Assembly: GCF_058153355.1 (NCBI RefSeq)
Contig: NZ_CM177019.1
Direction: 5' to 3' (one strand)
Length of the DNA: 64,000 nt
Part shown: positions 41,739-53,262 of the stretch, in pieces
Layout of the letters: each line of letters starts with the position of its first letter
Position numbering within the stretch: position 1 is the stretch's first letter
The notes under the pieces: model-generated
What the model saw: only the letters and a program-made list of their open reading frames with translations
The model's database searches: none
What the model was told of the DNA's origin: nothing
Program-made: the position numbers and the translations under genes

Positions 41739-42959
41739 ATGAAATACCACTCAGAACCTCTGGTTCCCCATAAATCGGCCCTGATGCAAATGCCCGCAAA
41801 TCTCCTTGCCGAAGATGTCTGTTTACCTGCCGCGATCATTAAAAAGCAGGCCCTGGAGAACAACATTACGTGGATGCAACGCTACGCTGACGCGCGCGGC
41901 GTTTCACTGGCACCGCACGGTAAAACCACCATGACGCCGTGGATTTTTCAGGCGCAGCAGGCGGCAGGCGCCTGGGCAATAGGTGTCGGTAGCGCATGGC
42001 AGGCTGGTGCGGCAATGGCGAGCGGTATTCAGCGTGTGCTGATGGTTAACCAGTTGATCGGCAAGGCAAATATGCAGTTGATTGCCCGGTTGCAACGACA
42101 TTACCCGACGGTCGATTTTATCTGCTGTATCGACAGCATTGAGAACGCCCGCGCTTTGTCTGCCTTTTTTGCCAGTCAGCAACAGACACTGAACGTGATG
42201 ATTGAGCTGGGTGTTCCCGGCGGACGCTGTGGTTGCCGCTCAACGGATGCAGCACTGGCACTGGCTAAACAGGCGGCCCAATTACCAGGGCTACGTCTGC
42301 GCGGGCTTGAGTTATATGAAGGTGTTTTACACGGTGACGATCCACAACCGCAGGTAGAAGCTCTGCTGCGGGATGCCGCACAACTGGCCTGTGATATGGC
42401 AAGTTTGGTTGATGGCGAGTTTATTCTCACCGGAGCAGGCACGGTCTGGTATGACGTGGTGTGCAATATCTGGCTGGCGGCAGAAAAGCCTGATAACTGC
42501 CGCATTGTTATTCGCCCTGGCTGCTACATCACTCACGACACCGGGATCTACGACGCGGCACAACAACAGTTGCTCGCCCGTGATCCTGTGGCCTGTGATC
42601 TGGCAGGCGATCTCACATCTGCGCTGGAACTGGTCGCCATGGTGCAATCGGTGCCGGAAGCTGATCGTGCGGTGGTAAATTTTGGTAAGCGTGATTGCGC
42701 CTTCGACGCCGGACTGCCGCAACCAGTCGCCCACTATCGCAACGGCAAATCACTGGCATTTGATCCACAGGCGATTCGCAGTACAGGTATTATGGATCAG
42801 CACTGCATGTTGCAACTGTCAGCTAATAGCGACGTGCAAGTGGGGGATATTCTGGTGTTTGGCACATCGCATCCGTGCCTGACCTTCGACAAATGGAAAA
42901 CGTTGTTATTGGCTGATGACGACTACAACGTACTGGCGGAATTAGACACTCTCTTCTAA
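41739..42959 (+). CDS. DSD1-family PLP enzyme (D-serine dehydratase-like / D-threonine aldolase-like; alanine-racemase-fold)
   Basis: PHGKT lysine motif near N-terminus; 406 aa. Confidence 0.6.
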   Translation: MKYHSEPLVPHKSALMQMPANLLAEDVCLPAAIIKKQALENNITWMQRYADARGVSLAPHGKTTMTPWIFQAQQAAGAWAIGVGSAWQAGAAMASGIQRVLMVNQLIGKANMQLIARLQRHYPTVDFICCIDSIENARALSAFFASQQQTLNVMIELGVPGGRCGCRSTDAALALAKQAAQLPGLRLRGLELYEGVLHGDDPQPQVEALLRDAAQLACDMASLVDGEFILTGAGTVWYDVVCNIWLAAEKPDNCRIVIRPGCYITHDTGIYDAAQQQLLARDPVACDLAGDLTSALELVAMVQSVPEADRAVVNFGKRDCAFDAGLPQPVAHYRNGKSLAFDPQAIRSTGIMDQHCMLQLSANSDVQVGDILVFGTSHPCLTFDKWKTLLLADDDYNVLAELDTLF

Positions 42960-43349
42960 GAATACCCCTTCGGTTAATTATCGAAGGGGCATTTTTATTG
43001 TGATCTCAATCACATATCCACCCGACGAATAATTCTTGCCCAACCGCTCACCGCCATTCCTGACCGCTTACGTCCCAAATATAACCACTCAGTTATTTAC
43101 CTTACTTTACGCGCGCGTAACTCTGGCAACATCACTGCAGGATAGCGGTCAATTTACCTCCTCAAACGCAACGCAAACCTAGAACGGCTTCGGCCTATGA
43201 TTAACAAATTACTCTATGGATTTTGGTTTGCAGGAAGGCAGCAAGTGAGTGAATCCCCGGGAGCTTACAAAAGTAAGTGACAGGGGTGAACGAACGCAGC
43301 TGCCGCACCTGTAAGCCAAAAGACGACGAGTAAAATGCCAGGTTTTACT

Positions 43350-45500
43350 ATGGATACGAAAAAACTATTCAAGCACATACCCTGGGTGATTCTTGGAATC
43401 ATCGGTGCATTCTGCCTCGCGGTAGTTGCATTACGTCGGGGGGAGCACGTCAGCGCCCTGTGGATCGTGGTCGCCTCTGTGTCGGTGTATCTGGTGGCTT
43501 ATCGCTACTACAGTTTGTACATCGCCCAGAAAGTGATGAAACTCGACCCCACGCGCGCGACGCCTGCGGTTATTAACAATGACGGTCTGAACTATGTTCC
43601 GACCAACCGTTACGTGTTGTTTGGTCACCACTTCGCCGCTATCGCCGGTGCTGGTCCGCTGGTTGGTCCGGTTCTCGCCGCGCAGATGGGCTACCTGCCT
43701 GGCACGCTGTGGTTGCTGGCGGGGGTAGTGCTGGCCGGTGCGGTTCAGGACTTTATGGTGCTGTTTATCTCCTCTCGCCGTAACGGCGCATCTCTCGGTG
43801 AGATGATCAAAGAAGAGATGGGACCAGTACCGGGGACTATCGCGCTGTTTGGCTGTTTCTTAATCATGATCATCATCCTCGCCGTTCTGGCGCTGATTGT
43901 GGTTAAAGCCCTGGCCGAAAGTCCGTGGGGTGTCTTCACCGTTTGCTCAACCGTACCAATTGCGCTGTTTATGGGTATCTACATGCGCTTTATCCGTCCG
44001 GGGCGTGTAGGTGAAGTCTCTGTTATTGGTATCGTGCTGCTGGTTGCCTCTATCTACTTCGGTGGTGTGATTGCTCACGATCCGTACTGGGGTCCGGCAC
44101 TGACCTTTAAAGACACCACCATTACCTTCGCACTGATTGGCTATGCGTTTGTTTCCGCACTGCTGCCGGTGTGGCTGATCCTCGCACCGCGCGACTATCT
44201 GGCAACCTTCCTGAAAATCGGCGTTATCGTCGGCCTGGCGCTGGGTATCGTGGTGCTGAACCCGGAACTGAAAATGCCTGCGATGACCCAGTACATTGAC
44301 GGTACTGGCCCGCTGTGGAAAGGCGCTCTGTTCCCGTTCCTGTTCATCACCATCGCCTGTGGTGCGGTATCTGGCTTCCACGCGCTAATCTCTTCCGGTA
44401 CGACGCCGAAACTGCTGGCTAACGAAACCGACGCGCGTTTCATCGGCTACGGTGCAATGCTGATGGAGTCCTTCGTGGCGATTATGGCGCTGGTTGCTGC
44501 GTCCATCATCGAACCGGGTCTTTACTTCGCGATGAATACTCCGCCTGCGGGCCTTGGCATCACCATGCCTAACCTGCATGAGATGGGTGGCGAGAACGCG
44601 CCGATCATCATGGCACAACTGAAAGACGTTACCGCACACGCGGCAGCGACCGTCAGCTCCTGGGGCTTCGTGATTTCGCCAGAGCAGATCCTGCAAACCG
44701 CGAAAGACATTGGTGAGCCTTCTGTCCTGAACCGTGCAGGTGGTGCGCCGACGCTGGCGGTAGGTATCGCTCACGTGTTCCACAAAGTGCTGCCGATGGC
44801 TGACATGGGCTTCTGGTATCACTTCGGTATTCTGTTCGAAGCCCTGTTCATCCTGACCGCGCTGGATGCGGGTACCCGTTCTGGCCGCTTTATGCTGCAG
44901 GACCTGCTGGGTAACTTCATCCCGTTCCTGAAAAAAACCGACTCTCTGGTTGCTGGTATCATCGGTACTGCGGGCTGTGTGGGTCTGTGGGGCTACCTGC
45001 TGTATCAGGGCGTGGTCGATCCGCTGGGCGGCGTTAAGAGCCTGTGGCCGCTGTTCGGTATCTCCAACCAGATGCTGGCAGCCGTGGCGCTGGTACTGGG
45101 CACCGTTGTGCTGATTAAGATGAAACGCACCCAATACATCTGGGTAACTGTTGTTCCGGCTGTATGGCTGCTTATCTGCACCACCTGGGCGCTGGGCCTG
45201 AAACTGTTCAGCACCAACCCGCAGATGGAAGGCTTCTTCTACATGGCAAGCCAGTACAAAGAGAAGATTGCTAACGGTACTGACCTGACGGCACAGCAGA
45301 TTGCCAACATGAACCACATCGTTGTGAACAACTACACCAACGCAGGCCTGAGTATTCTGTTCCTGATTGTGGTGTACAGCATCATCTTCTACGGTTTCAA
45401 AACCTGGCTGAAGGTGCGTAACAGCGACAAACGTACTGACAAAGAAACACCGTACGTTCCAATCCCGGAAGGCGGCGTGAAGATCTCTTCGCACCACTAA
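43350..45500 (+). CDS. btsT: Pyruvate/H+ symporter BtsT (CstA family)
   Basis: 716 aa from MDTKKLFKH; polytopic; synteny. Confidence 0.85.
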   Translation: MDTKKLFKHIPWVILGIIGAFCLAVVALRRGEHVSALWIVVASVSVYLVAYRYYSLYIAQKVMKLDPTRATPAVINNDGLNYVPTNRYVLFGHHFAAIAGAGPLVGPVLAAQMGYLPGTLWLLAGVVLAGAVQDFMVLFISSRRNGASLGEMIKEEMGPVPGTIALFGCFLIMIIILAVLALIVVKALAESPWGVFTVCSTVPIALFMGIYMRFIRPGRVGEVSVIGIVLLVASIYFGGVIAHDPYWGPALTFKDTTITFALIGYAFVSALLPVWLILAPRDYLATFLKIGVIVGLALGIVVLNPELKMPAMTQYIDGTGPLWKGALFPFLFITIACGAVSGFHALISSGTTPKLLANETDARFIGYGAMLMESFVAIMALVAASIIEPGLYFAMNTPPAGLGITMPNLHEMGGENAPIIMAQLKDVTAHAAATVSSWGFVISPEQILQTAKDIGEPSVLNRAGGAPTLAVGIAHVFHKVLPMADMGFWYHFGILFEALFILTALDAGTRSGRFMLQDLLGNFIPFLKKTDSLVAGIIGTAGCVGLWGYLLYQGVVDPLGGVKSLWPLFGISNQMLAAVALVLGTVVLIKMKRTQYIWVTVVPAVWLLICTTWALGLKLFSTNPQMEGFFYMASQYKEKIANGTDLTAQQIANMNHIVVNNYTNAGLSILFLIVVYSIIFYGFKTWLKVRNSDKRTDKETPYVPIPEGGVKISSHH

Positions 45501-45508
45501 CCGTGTTT

Positions 45509-45536
45509 AGCCCCGCTTCGGCGGGGCTTTGTTCTT
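45509..45536 (+). terminator. Rho-independent terminator after btsT
   Basis: agccccgc-ttcg-gcggggct followed by ttgttctt. Confidence 0.6.
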
Positions 45537-45549
45537 ATCAGAGTGAACT

Positions 45550-45753
45550 ATGTTTGGTAACTTAGGACAGGCAAAAAAATATCTCGGCCAGGCGGCGAAG
45601 ATGTTGATTGGCATTCCAGACTACGACAACTACGTCGAGCATATGAAGACCAACCATCCCGACAAGCCGTACATGAGCTATGAAGAATTCTTCCGCGAAC
45701 GCCAGAACGCGCGCTACGGCGGCGATGGTAAAGGCGGTATGCGCTGTTGTTAA
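45550..45753 (+). CDS. yjiX: Small protein YjiX (DUF466)
   Basis: 67-aa ORF ending ...GGMRCC; synteny. Confidence 0.8.
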
Positions 45754-45763
45754 TGGAGAGAGC

Positions 45764-46720
45764 ATGAACCCGATTGCAGTTACCCTACTCACCGGTTTTT
45801 TAGGCGCAGGCAAAACCACCCTGCTGCGCCATATTCTTAATGAACAGCACGGCTACAAAATTGCCGTGATTGAAAACGAATTCGGCGAAGTCTCCGTTGA
45901 TGATCAACTGATTGGCGACCGCGCCACGCAGATCAAAACGCTGACCAACGGCTGCATCTGTTGTTCGCGCTCCAACGAGCTGGAGGACGCGCTACTCGAC
46001 CTGCTGGATAATCTCGACAAGGGCAATATTCAGTTCGACCGTCTGGTCATTGAATGCACAGGCATGGCCGATCCCGGCCCGATTATTCAGACCTTTTTCT
46101 CCCATGAGATTTTATGCCAGCGTTACCTGCTGGACGGCGTGATTGCGCTGGTGGATGCGGTACATGCCGATGAGCAGATGAACCAGTTCACCATCGCCCA
46201 GTCACAGGTTGGCTACGCCGACCGCATTCTGCTGACCAAAACCGACGTCGCAGGCGAAGCAGAAAAACTGCGTGAACGCCTGGCGCGCATCAACGCCCGC
46301 GCACCGGTCTACACCGTCACCCACGGCGACATCGATCTGGGCCTGCTGTTCAACACCAACGGTTTTATGCTGGAAGAAAACGTCGTCAGCACCAAACCGC
46401 GTTTCCACTTTATCGCGGATAAACAAAACGATATTTCGTCGATTGTGGTGGAACTGGATTACCCGGTAGATATCAGCGAAGTTTCTCGGGTGATGGAAAA
46501 CCTGCTGCTGGAATCGGCGGATAAACTGCTGCGTTACAAAGGGATGCTGTGGATTGACGGCGAACCAAATCGCCTGCTGTTCCAGGGCGTCCAGCGCCTC
46601 TACAGCGCCGACTGGGACCGCCCGTGGGGCGATGAAAAACCGCATAGCACAATGGTGTTTATCGGGATTCAGCTGCCGGAGGAAGAGATTCGGGCTGCGT
46701 TTGCGGGGTTGAGGAAGTAA
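45764..46720 (+). CDS. yjiA: CobW/P47K-family GTPase YjiA
   Basis: 318 aa from MNPIAVTLLTGFLGAGKTT (Walker A); GCICCS motif. Confidence 0.85.
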   Translation: MNPIAVTLLTGFLGAGKTTLLRHILNEQHGYKIAVIENEFGEVSVDDQLIGDRATQIKTLTNGCICCSRSNELEDALLDLLDNLDKGNIQFDRLVIECTGMADPGPIIQTFFSHEILCQRYLLDGVIALVDAVHADEQMNQFTIAQSQVGYADRILLTKTDVAGEAEKLRERLARINARAPVYTVTHGDIDLGLLFNTNGFMLEENVVSTKPRFHFIADKQNDISSIVVELDYPVDISEVSRVMENLLLESADKLLRYKGMLWIDGEPNRLLFQGVQRLYSADWDRPWGDEKPHSTMVFIGIQLPEEEIRAAFAGLRK

Positions 46721-46788
46721 GTTCGGGAAAGATCAACTTTTTGAGAGTTCCACCGCAATATTATTACGAGTGGAACTCTTTAGATATG

Positions 46789-48463
46789 TCAGACCAACCA
46801 AAGCTTCTTCAATTGCGTTTTCATTTTTTCATGTCTCATTTTCAGTTCAGCCAATCCCCATTCTGAAGAATTACAAACATCTTTTGTTAAATCAAAAGAG
46901 CTTTTACTATTAAGTTTCTCATAAATAGATTTCTTTTTGATAAAATCATAGTGTTGTGCTTCAGAATTTTTGGAACCACTTATGAGTGTTAAATTACCTA
47001 TTTTATGCAGCCAGTAGACATGCTCTTGAGGTTGGAATCTATTAATCCAGTATTCATTAACTAATGCTTGAGGAAGAATATGCTCAATTGTGATTCTCCC
47101 CGTATAGGTTTTAATCACGCTCTCATCTTGTTGCTCCATATCTAAGCGAAGCAAAATTGCTTTTATTAAGTTCACTTGATTCGGACGAGGCTCATATAAA
47201 TCTTCATCCAGTGCAGCTATAAAACCTGAATTATCTGCATGTTGGTTTATCTGATTTATCACAGAATCAAAAGGCATATCATTATTTATTGCTACCAGAG
47301 CTGAATAACAAACCATTTCTCTTTGGCTTTTAATTTGTTTTTTTAACCACCCATGCATATATACCTTCTCAAAGGCGGTAATAAATTGAGAAAAATCATC
47401 TAAATTAAAATCTTCTGTACGAGCCATTCGATTCATGAATGCCATAACCGGAGGAATCCACTCATCTACCCCTAAATTACTTAGCGATGCTATTTTTCGT
47501 CGTATTGAAGGGTGTTCAAAATCATTCTCTAAAATCTTAGTATAATTTTTTGCAGAATTAACCAACATCAGTGACATAGCAATAGCATCTCCATCAAATT
47601 GCTGCTGGAGATTTTCAATAAAAGCTTCAAAACCTTTTTGTAACACCCTGTCACGATCTTTTTTCTCGGAAAGCTTATGAAGAGTAAGAAATTTATCAAG
47701 CCGTCTCACTCCAACCATATCTTCAATTTGCGACCATGCTGATTCTATTTGCTCTAATTTTTTATTATGTGTAGAAGCTGATTCAAACAGTGCATTTTTT
47801 AAAAGAACTGCATTACTTAAAGGTAAACCTCGACTATTTAATACATTAAAGAGTCTAAATGATGATGCGAAATCATCTGTTTGCACAAATACGATATATA
47901 CATTTTGCAAAATATATTTAGCAAGCAACTTCAACTCATCAACAGATAACCGCAACAAATAATCTCTAATTGTTTCAGCGTTGCTAATGAATACTAAATC
48001 AGTATCCGATGGCTTTTCAGGCTTATAATCTTTAGAATCCTGCAGTATATAATATTTATAAAGATCATACTCTTTTTTTCTAACAATTAGTCTTGGTTCA
48101 TCTGTTTCATCAGAATAAACATCAATAGGTAGAACTCTTTTTTTGCAAATCATCTTTTATCCCCTGAATCGGGATGATTTTTTTTAGCTCGGAGACAATA
48201 ATACTTAACGTTGTAAGACGTTGTTGCCCATCTACAACTTCATACTGATTTTGCCCTTTATTGATACAAATCATACTCCCAATAAAATATTCATTCTCTT
48301 CTGATTGAGAGCTTTTATAAATGTCATCAATGAGTTGCTCTGCATTATCTACCGTCCAACTGTAAGGACGCTGATAAGAAGGAATAATAAACTTTTTGTT
48401 TTCAGTAAGGATATCCTGCACCTTACATTCTTTAGCTTCCATTTCATATACCCAATCAAACAA
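46789..48463 (-). pseudogene. GmrSD-like type IV restriction endonuclease (DUF262 + DUF1524), interrupted by a frameshift in an A7 tract (plus-strand T7 at 48137-48143)
   Basis: Upstream 113-aa ORF carries DUF262 motifs (YQRPYSW, DGQQRLTT); downstream 454-aa ORF carries the DUF1524 motif (IEHILPQ...IGNLTLIS); the frames join if the A7 run were A6. Confidence 0.7.
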
Positions 48464-48599
48464 TCAACAATAACATTATCTTTCTTGCCCGAAAGAAACG
48501 CAACTATAAGATTTTTATATATTTTGTTAGAGATATTAGTAGCAAAAGGCCACGATAAATTTCTCTCCCCTTCCCCATACGGGAAGGGGAAATACCCCC

Positions 48600-48764
48600 T
48601 CACTCCACATCCTCCCTGCGTAACCCAATATCCCTCAACCGTTCATCACTCATCTGCTGTAACACGCGTCGGGTCTGCATTTGCCGCCGCCAACGCCTCA
48701 CCGCCTGCCAGAGTTGCACCAGGCCGATAAACGGCGCTTTAGCTCTGTTTTCGTGAAATACCAT
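48600..48764 (-). CDS. yjiS: Small protein YjiS (DUF1127), 54 aa
   Basis: Manual translation MVFHENRAKAPFIGLVQLWQAVRRWRRQMQTRRVLQQMSDERLRDIGLRREDVE; not in ORF track because short. Confidence 0.6.
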   Translation of the reverse strand: MVFHENRAKAPFIGLVQLWQAVRRWRRQMQTRRVLQQMSDERLRDIGLRREDVE

Positions 48765-48940
48765 CTGCTGCCTCCTCATCTTTCAGAGGCTTCATCATCC
48801 GCCTTCTGGCAGTTCACAATACAGATGCAAATATTAGTTTTATTTAACATACAGACAGGTTAAAACAACATCTGCATCCGGTTTTTTAGCCTCATCTGTA
48901 CCGGTTTTTCTCTCTGTATGGTCCAAATAAGGAGTACAGC

Positions 48941-50353
48941 ATGACGCGTTATCAACATCTGGCGACTCTGCTTGCCGAACGGATTGAGCAAGGGCTGTAT
49001 CGTCACGGGGAGAAATTGCCGTCGGTGCGCAGCTTAAGTCAGGAGCACGGCGTCAGTATCAGCACCGTGCAGCAGGCGTATCAGACGCTGGAGACGATGA
49101 AGCTCATCACTCCGCAGCCGCGTTCGGGTTATTTTGTCGCACAACGTAAAGCCCAGCCGCCAGTACCGCCGATGACGCGTCCGGTGCAGCGCCCGGTGGA
49201 AATTACCCAGTGGGATCAGGTGCTGGATATGCTGGAGGCGCATAGCGACAGTTCCATTGTTCCGTTAAGCAAAAGCACGCCGGATGTCGAAACGCCCAGC
49301 TTGAAACCGCTGTGGCGGGAGCTAAGCCGGGTGGTGCAGCATAATCTGCAAACCGTTCTCGGTTATGACTTGTTAGCCGGTCAGCGAGTATTGCGAGAGC
49401 AGATTGCCCGCCTGATGCTCGACAGCGGCTCGGTAGTCACCGCCGATGACATCATTATTACCAGCGGCTGCCATAACTCGATGTCGCTGGCGTTAATGGC
49501 GGTGTGTAAACCGGGCGATATTGTCGCGGTCGAATCCCCCTGTTATTACGGTTCGATGCAGATGCTGCGCGGCATGGGCGTGAAAGTGATTGAAATCCCA
49601 ACCGATCCAGAAACAGGCATCAGCGTTGAAGCGCTGGAACTGGCGCTGGAACAGTGGCCAATTAAAGGCATCATTCTGGTGCCAAACTGTAATAATCCGC
49701 TGGGATTTATTATGCCGGACGCGCGCAAACGGGCCGTTCTCTCTCTCGCTCAGCGTCATGATATTGTGATTTTTGAAGATGATGTCTATGGCGAACTGGC
49801 AACGGAGTATCCGCGCCCGCGGACCATTCATTCCTGGGATATCGACGGGCGAGTGCTGCTGTGCAGTTCGTTCAGTAAAAGCATTGCACCAGGCCTGCGC
49901 GTGGGTTGGGTCGCACCGGGGCGTTATCACGATAAACTGCTGCATATGAAATACGCCATCAGCAGCTTTAATGTGCCGTCCACGCAAATGGCGGCGGCAA
50001 CGTTTGTGCTGGAAGGTCACTATCATCGCCATATCCGGCGGATGCGGCAGAATTATCAGCGCAATTTGGCGCTTTATACCTGCTGGATACGGGAATATTT
50101 TCCCTGCGAAATCTGTATTACGCGCCCGAAAGGCGGATTTTTACTGTGGATAGAATTGCCTGAACAGGTCGATATGGTCTGCGTTGCGCGACAGCTGTAC
50201 CGCATGAAAATCCAGGTGGCGGCAGGCTCGATTTTCTCGGCTTCCGGCAAATACCGTAATTGTCTACGCATCAACTGCGCTTTACCGCTCAGCGAAACCT
50301 ATCGCGAAGCACTGAAGCAAATTGGCGAGGCCGTGTATCGGGCAATGGAATGA
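48941..50353 (+). CDS. yjiR: MocR/GntR-family regulator with aminotransferase domain
   Basis: 470-aa ORF, N-terminal GntR HTH plus aminotransferase-like domain. Confidence 0.85.
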   Translation: MTRYQHLATLLAERIEQGLYRHGEKLPSVRSLSQEHGVSISTVQQAYQTLETMKLITPQPRSGYFVAQRKAQPPVPPMTRPVQRPVEITQWDQVLDMLEAHSDSSIVPLSKSTPDVETPSLKPLWRELSRVVQHNLQTVLGYDLLAGQRVLREQIARLMLDSGSVVTADDIIITSGCHNSMSLALMAVCKPGDIVAVESPCYYGSMQMLRGMGVKVIEIPTDPETGISVEALELALEQWPIKGIILVPNCNNPLGFIMPDARKRAVLSLAQRHDIVIFEDDVYGELATEYPRPRTIHSWDIDGRVLLCSSFSKSIAPGLRVGWVAPGRYHDKLLHMKYAISSFNVPSTQMAAATFVLEGHYHRHIRRMRQNYQRNLALYTCWIREYFPCEICITRPKGGFLLWIELPEQVDMVCVARQLYRMKIQVAAGSIFSASGKYRNCLRINCALPLSETYREALKQIGEAVYRAME

Positions 50354-50439
50354 ATTCGAAATAGTGGCGAAGCGCCTGATTTCCTCTCACGAATCGCGTG
50401 TGACTCGTTTTATCTTTGCTGGGTCATCGCCACGTTCCA

Positions 50440-50570
50440 GCCTGAATTAGGCAAAGTGCGCTTTGTTCATGCCGGATGCCATGTGAACGCCTTACCAGGT
50501 CTACAAAATCTTTAAAGTTCAATATATTTAATGGGTTATGTAGACCTGATAAGTGTAGCGCATCAGGCTG
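50440..50570. repeat. REP/BIME palindromic units between yjiR and rpnD
   Basis: gccggatgccatgtgaacgccttaccaggtctac and gtagacctgataagtgtagcgcatcaggc. Confidence 0.45.
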
Positions 50571-50595
50571 CTTTGCGTTTGTCATCCGTCTCTGA

Positions 50596-51552
50596 TTAGT
50601 ACTCGATCCATGGATCACGCTTGCTTTCAGGCAAGGGCTGATCTAATGCCTGCATTTGCTCTGCCGAAAGTCCGGTATATCGTTGTATCCATTCAGGATC
50701 GGCCCCATTCTGCAACAACAATCGGAGGAGGCTCCGTTCCCCTTCTACTTTCCCTTCTTTCCTCCCCCTCTCCCTTCCCAACAGCCATCCATCATTATGA
50801 ATTCGCTCTGCAATTGTCATTATTCGCTCCCTGTGGTGTGGCATTCGCCTGGTAAGTTCGCTGATAAACGCCTTAAAACGCGCTTCATCGCCAGTCAGTA
50901 AAATGTAATTTAACAGCGCAGTTATCTGGCTGTCATTAGCGCACCCTGTAACCAGTAATACTGCCAGTTGATCAATAAGCCCCATTAGATCGCGCTGGCG
51001 AATATGCTTTTGGATCAACTCCAACAGGGCGACTCTGCGATGCTGCACAATCTCGTCATCCGGCACGATAGTGATATCCACCAGCGGGAACGCGGCGTTA
51101 TAAAGCTTCCGTGCGGTAGTCGGGTCGGCAAATTCGTCCAGCCAGCACAAAGACCAGGGATAAGGACTACGGCTACCGTGATAAAACAGCATCGGGATGA
51201 CCAGCGGTAGCGGTCGGCGTTTATCATGTTCGATATGGCGCTGCATCACCGCCATGGAATAGCGCATCAGGCGAAAAGCCATGTGAATATCCTCACGGCT
51301 CTGATGTTCAATCACCACATAGATATAGCCATCTCCTTTACGGGTCTTTACCGACCACAGAATATCGGAATGTAGCGCCCGTAATTTTTCATCGACAAAG
51401 CTGGCGGATTCCAGTTTTAAGCTATCGAGATCGCACAGTTCACGTAAATCTATTGGTAAGTGGATCTCCATAAAATCCCGCGCGGTGTCAGGGTGGGTGA
51501 GAAAGGATTTAAATAATGCGTCATGCGGCGTACTGGTCGTGAAGTTTGTCAT
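50596..51552 (-). CDS. rpnD: Rpn-family recombination-promoting nuclease (PD-(D/E)XK, YhgA-like), apparently intact 318 aa
   Basis: N-terminal [11 protein letters not shown]...DILWSV motifs typical of Rpn/transposase_31 proteins. Confidence 0.7.
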   Translation of the reverse strand: MTNFTTSTPHDALFKSFLTHPDTARDFMEIHLPIDLRELCDLDSLKLESASFVDEKLRALHSDILWSVKTRKGDGYIYVVIEHQSREDIHMAFRLMRYSMAVMQRHIEHDKRRPLPLVIPMLFYHGSRSPYPWSLCWLDEFADPTTARKLYNAAFPLVDITIVPDDEIVQHRRVALLELIQKHIRQRDLMGLIDQLAVLLVTGCANDSQITALLNYILLTGDEARFKAFISELTRRMPHHRERIMTIAERIHNDGWLLGRERGRKEGKVEGERSLLRLLLQNGADPEWIQRYTGLSAEQMQALDQPLPESKRDPWIEY

Positions 51553-52029
51553 GGCGATCCGTCACCTGTAGATAAGATGGCCCGACTTTAGCGACTAACA
51601 AAACCATTCTCACCCGGCTATTTTCCGTTCCCCGAGGCGCTTTCTAGGCTATTTTTGTTCCTCTGCAAACGATACATTTTTCCGGAAACAGGCTCGCGTT
51701 TTACATTTCCTGTACCCGGCAGATATTCCCCTTTCCACCGCGCTCTTTTGATTAACCGCAAATTTTAATTACACTTAAGGTGTATATTTTCTATGCAACC
51801 CATCAATTCAAGAGGTGTAATGTGCTGATGACTATTTGTAATCGTTATACATTCTGACCCGAAGTCAGAAAGTATTTCACTGTCTGTGTGTTCACAGGCA
51901 GTGTGGTTGATTACATGAAATTCAGTACATTTGCAGTCTCGTTGCCCTTCTCACCTGCCTTTCGTCATTACCGACGGTATTGAATTTCGTTTTCCCCGTT
52001 GGGGTTCTCCGGACAAGGAGTTGTTTGTT

Positions 52030-53262
52030 ATGCCACGTTTTTTTGCCCGCCATGCCGCTACGCTGTTTTTCCCGATGGCGTTGATTTTGTATGACTTTGC
52101 CGCGTACCTGTCGACGGATCTGATCCAGCCTGGGATCATTAATGTGGTCCGTGATTTTAATGCCGATGTCAGTCTGGCCCCGGCTGCCGTCAGTCTCTAT
52201 CTCGCTGGAGGCATGGCATTGCAGTGGCTGCTGGGGCCGCTTTCCGACAGGATTGGCCGCAGGCCGGTGCTGATTACCGGAGCGCTAATATTTACCCTTG
52301 CCTGCGCTGCGACAATGTTCACCACGTCTATGACACAGTTTCTTATCGCGCGTGCAATTCAGGGCACCAGTATCTGTTTTATTGCCACCGTTGGTTATGT
52401 CACGGTGCAGGAAGCGTTCGGGCAGACAAAAGGGATCAAGTTGATGGCGATTATCACCTCCATCGTACTGATTGCGCCAATTATCGGCCCGCTTTCCGGC
52501 GCAGCTCTGATGCACTTTGTGCACTGGAAAGTCCTTTTTGCCATCATTGCGATTATGGGTTTTATCTCATTTGTTGGCTTACTGCTGGCGATGCCAGAGA
52601 CAGTGAAGCGCGGCGCGGTTCCGTTTAGCGCCAAAAGCGTCTTGCGCGATTTTCGTAATGTCTTTTGCAATCGGCTGTTCCTCTTTGGCGCAGCAACCAT
52701 CTCTTTAAGCTATATCCCGATGATGAGTTGGGTGGCTGTCTCGCCGGTGATCCTTATCGATGCAGGCGGCTTAACAACTTCGCAGTTCGCCTGGACACAG
52801 GTTCCGGTGTTCGGCGCGGTGATTGTTGCGAATGCCATCGTGGCGCGTTTCGTTAAAGATCCGACCGAACCGCGGTTTATCTGGCGTGCCGTACCCATTC
52901 AACTGGTCGGCCTCTCGCTGTTGATTATCGGCAATCTGCTGTCGCCGCACGTCTGGCTGTGGTCGGTGCTGGGCACCAGTCTGTATGCTTTCGGGATTGG
53001 TTTGATTTTCCCGACCTTATTCCGCTTTACGCTGTTTTCCAATAACTTACCGAAAGGGACCGTCTCCGCATCGCTAAATATGGTGATCCTGATGGTGATG
53101 TCGGTCTCGGTCGAAATCGGCCGCTGGCTGTGGTTTAACGGCGGTCGCTTGCCGTTTCATCTGTTAGCCGTTGTGGCGGGCGTTATCGTCGTTTTCACCC
53201 TGGCGGGATTGCTCAATCGCGTGCGCCAGCATCAGGCAGCCGAGCTAGTGGAGGAGCAGTGA
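52030..53262 (+). CDS. mdtM: MFS multidrug efflux transporter MdtM
   Basis: 410 aa from MPRFFARH; 12-TM MFS. Confidence 0.8.
   Translation: MPRFFARHAATLFFPMALILYDFAAYLSTDLIQPGIINVVRDFNADVSLAPAAVSLYLAGGMALQWLLGPLSDRIGRRPVLITGALIFTLACAATMFTTSMTQFLIARAIQGTSICFIATVGYVTVQEAFGQTKGIKLMAIITSIVLIAPIIGPLSGAALMHFVHWKVLFAIIAIMGFISFVGLLLAMPETVKRGAVPFSAKSVLRDFRNVFCNRLFLFGAATISLSYIPMMSWVAVSPVILIDAGGLTTSQFAWTQVPVFGAVIVANAIVARFVKDPTEPRFIWRAVPIQLVGLSLLIIGNLLSPHVWLWSVLGTSLYAFGIGLIFPTLFRFTLFSNNLPKGTVSASLNMVILMVMSVSVEIGRWLWFNGGRLPFHLLAVVAGVIVVFTLAGLLNRVRQHQAAELVEEQ

Noticed and set aside
44385-45497. 370-aa minus-strand ORF
   Set aside because: Lies entirely antisense within btsT; Arg/His-rich composition typical of a spurious ORF opposite a GC-rich gene
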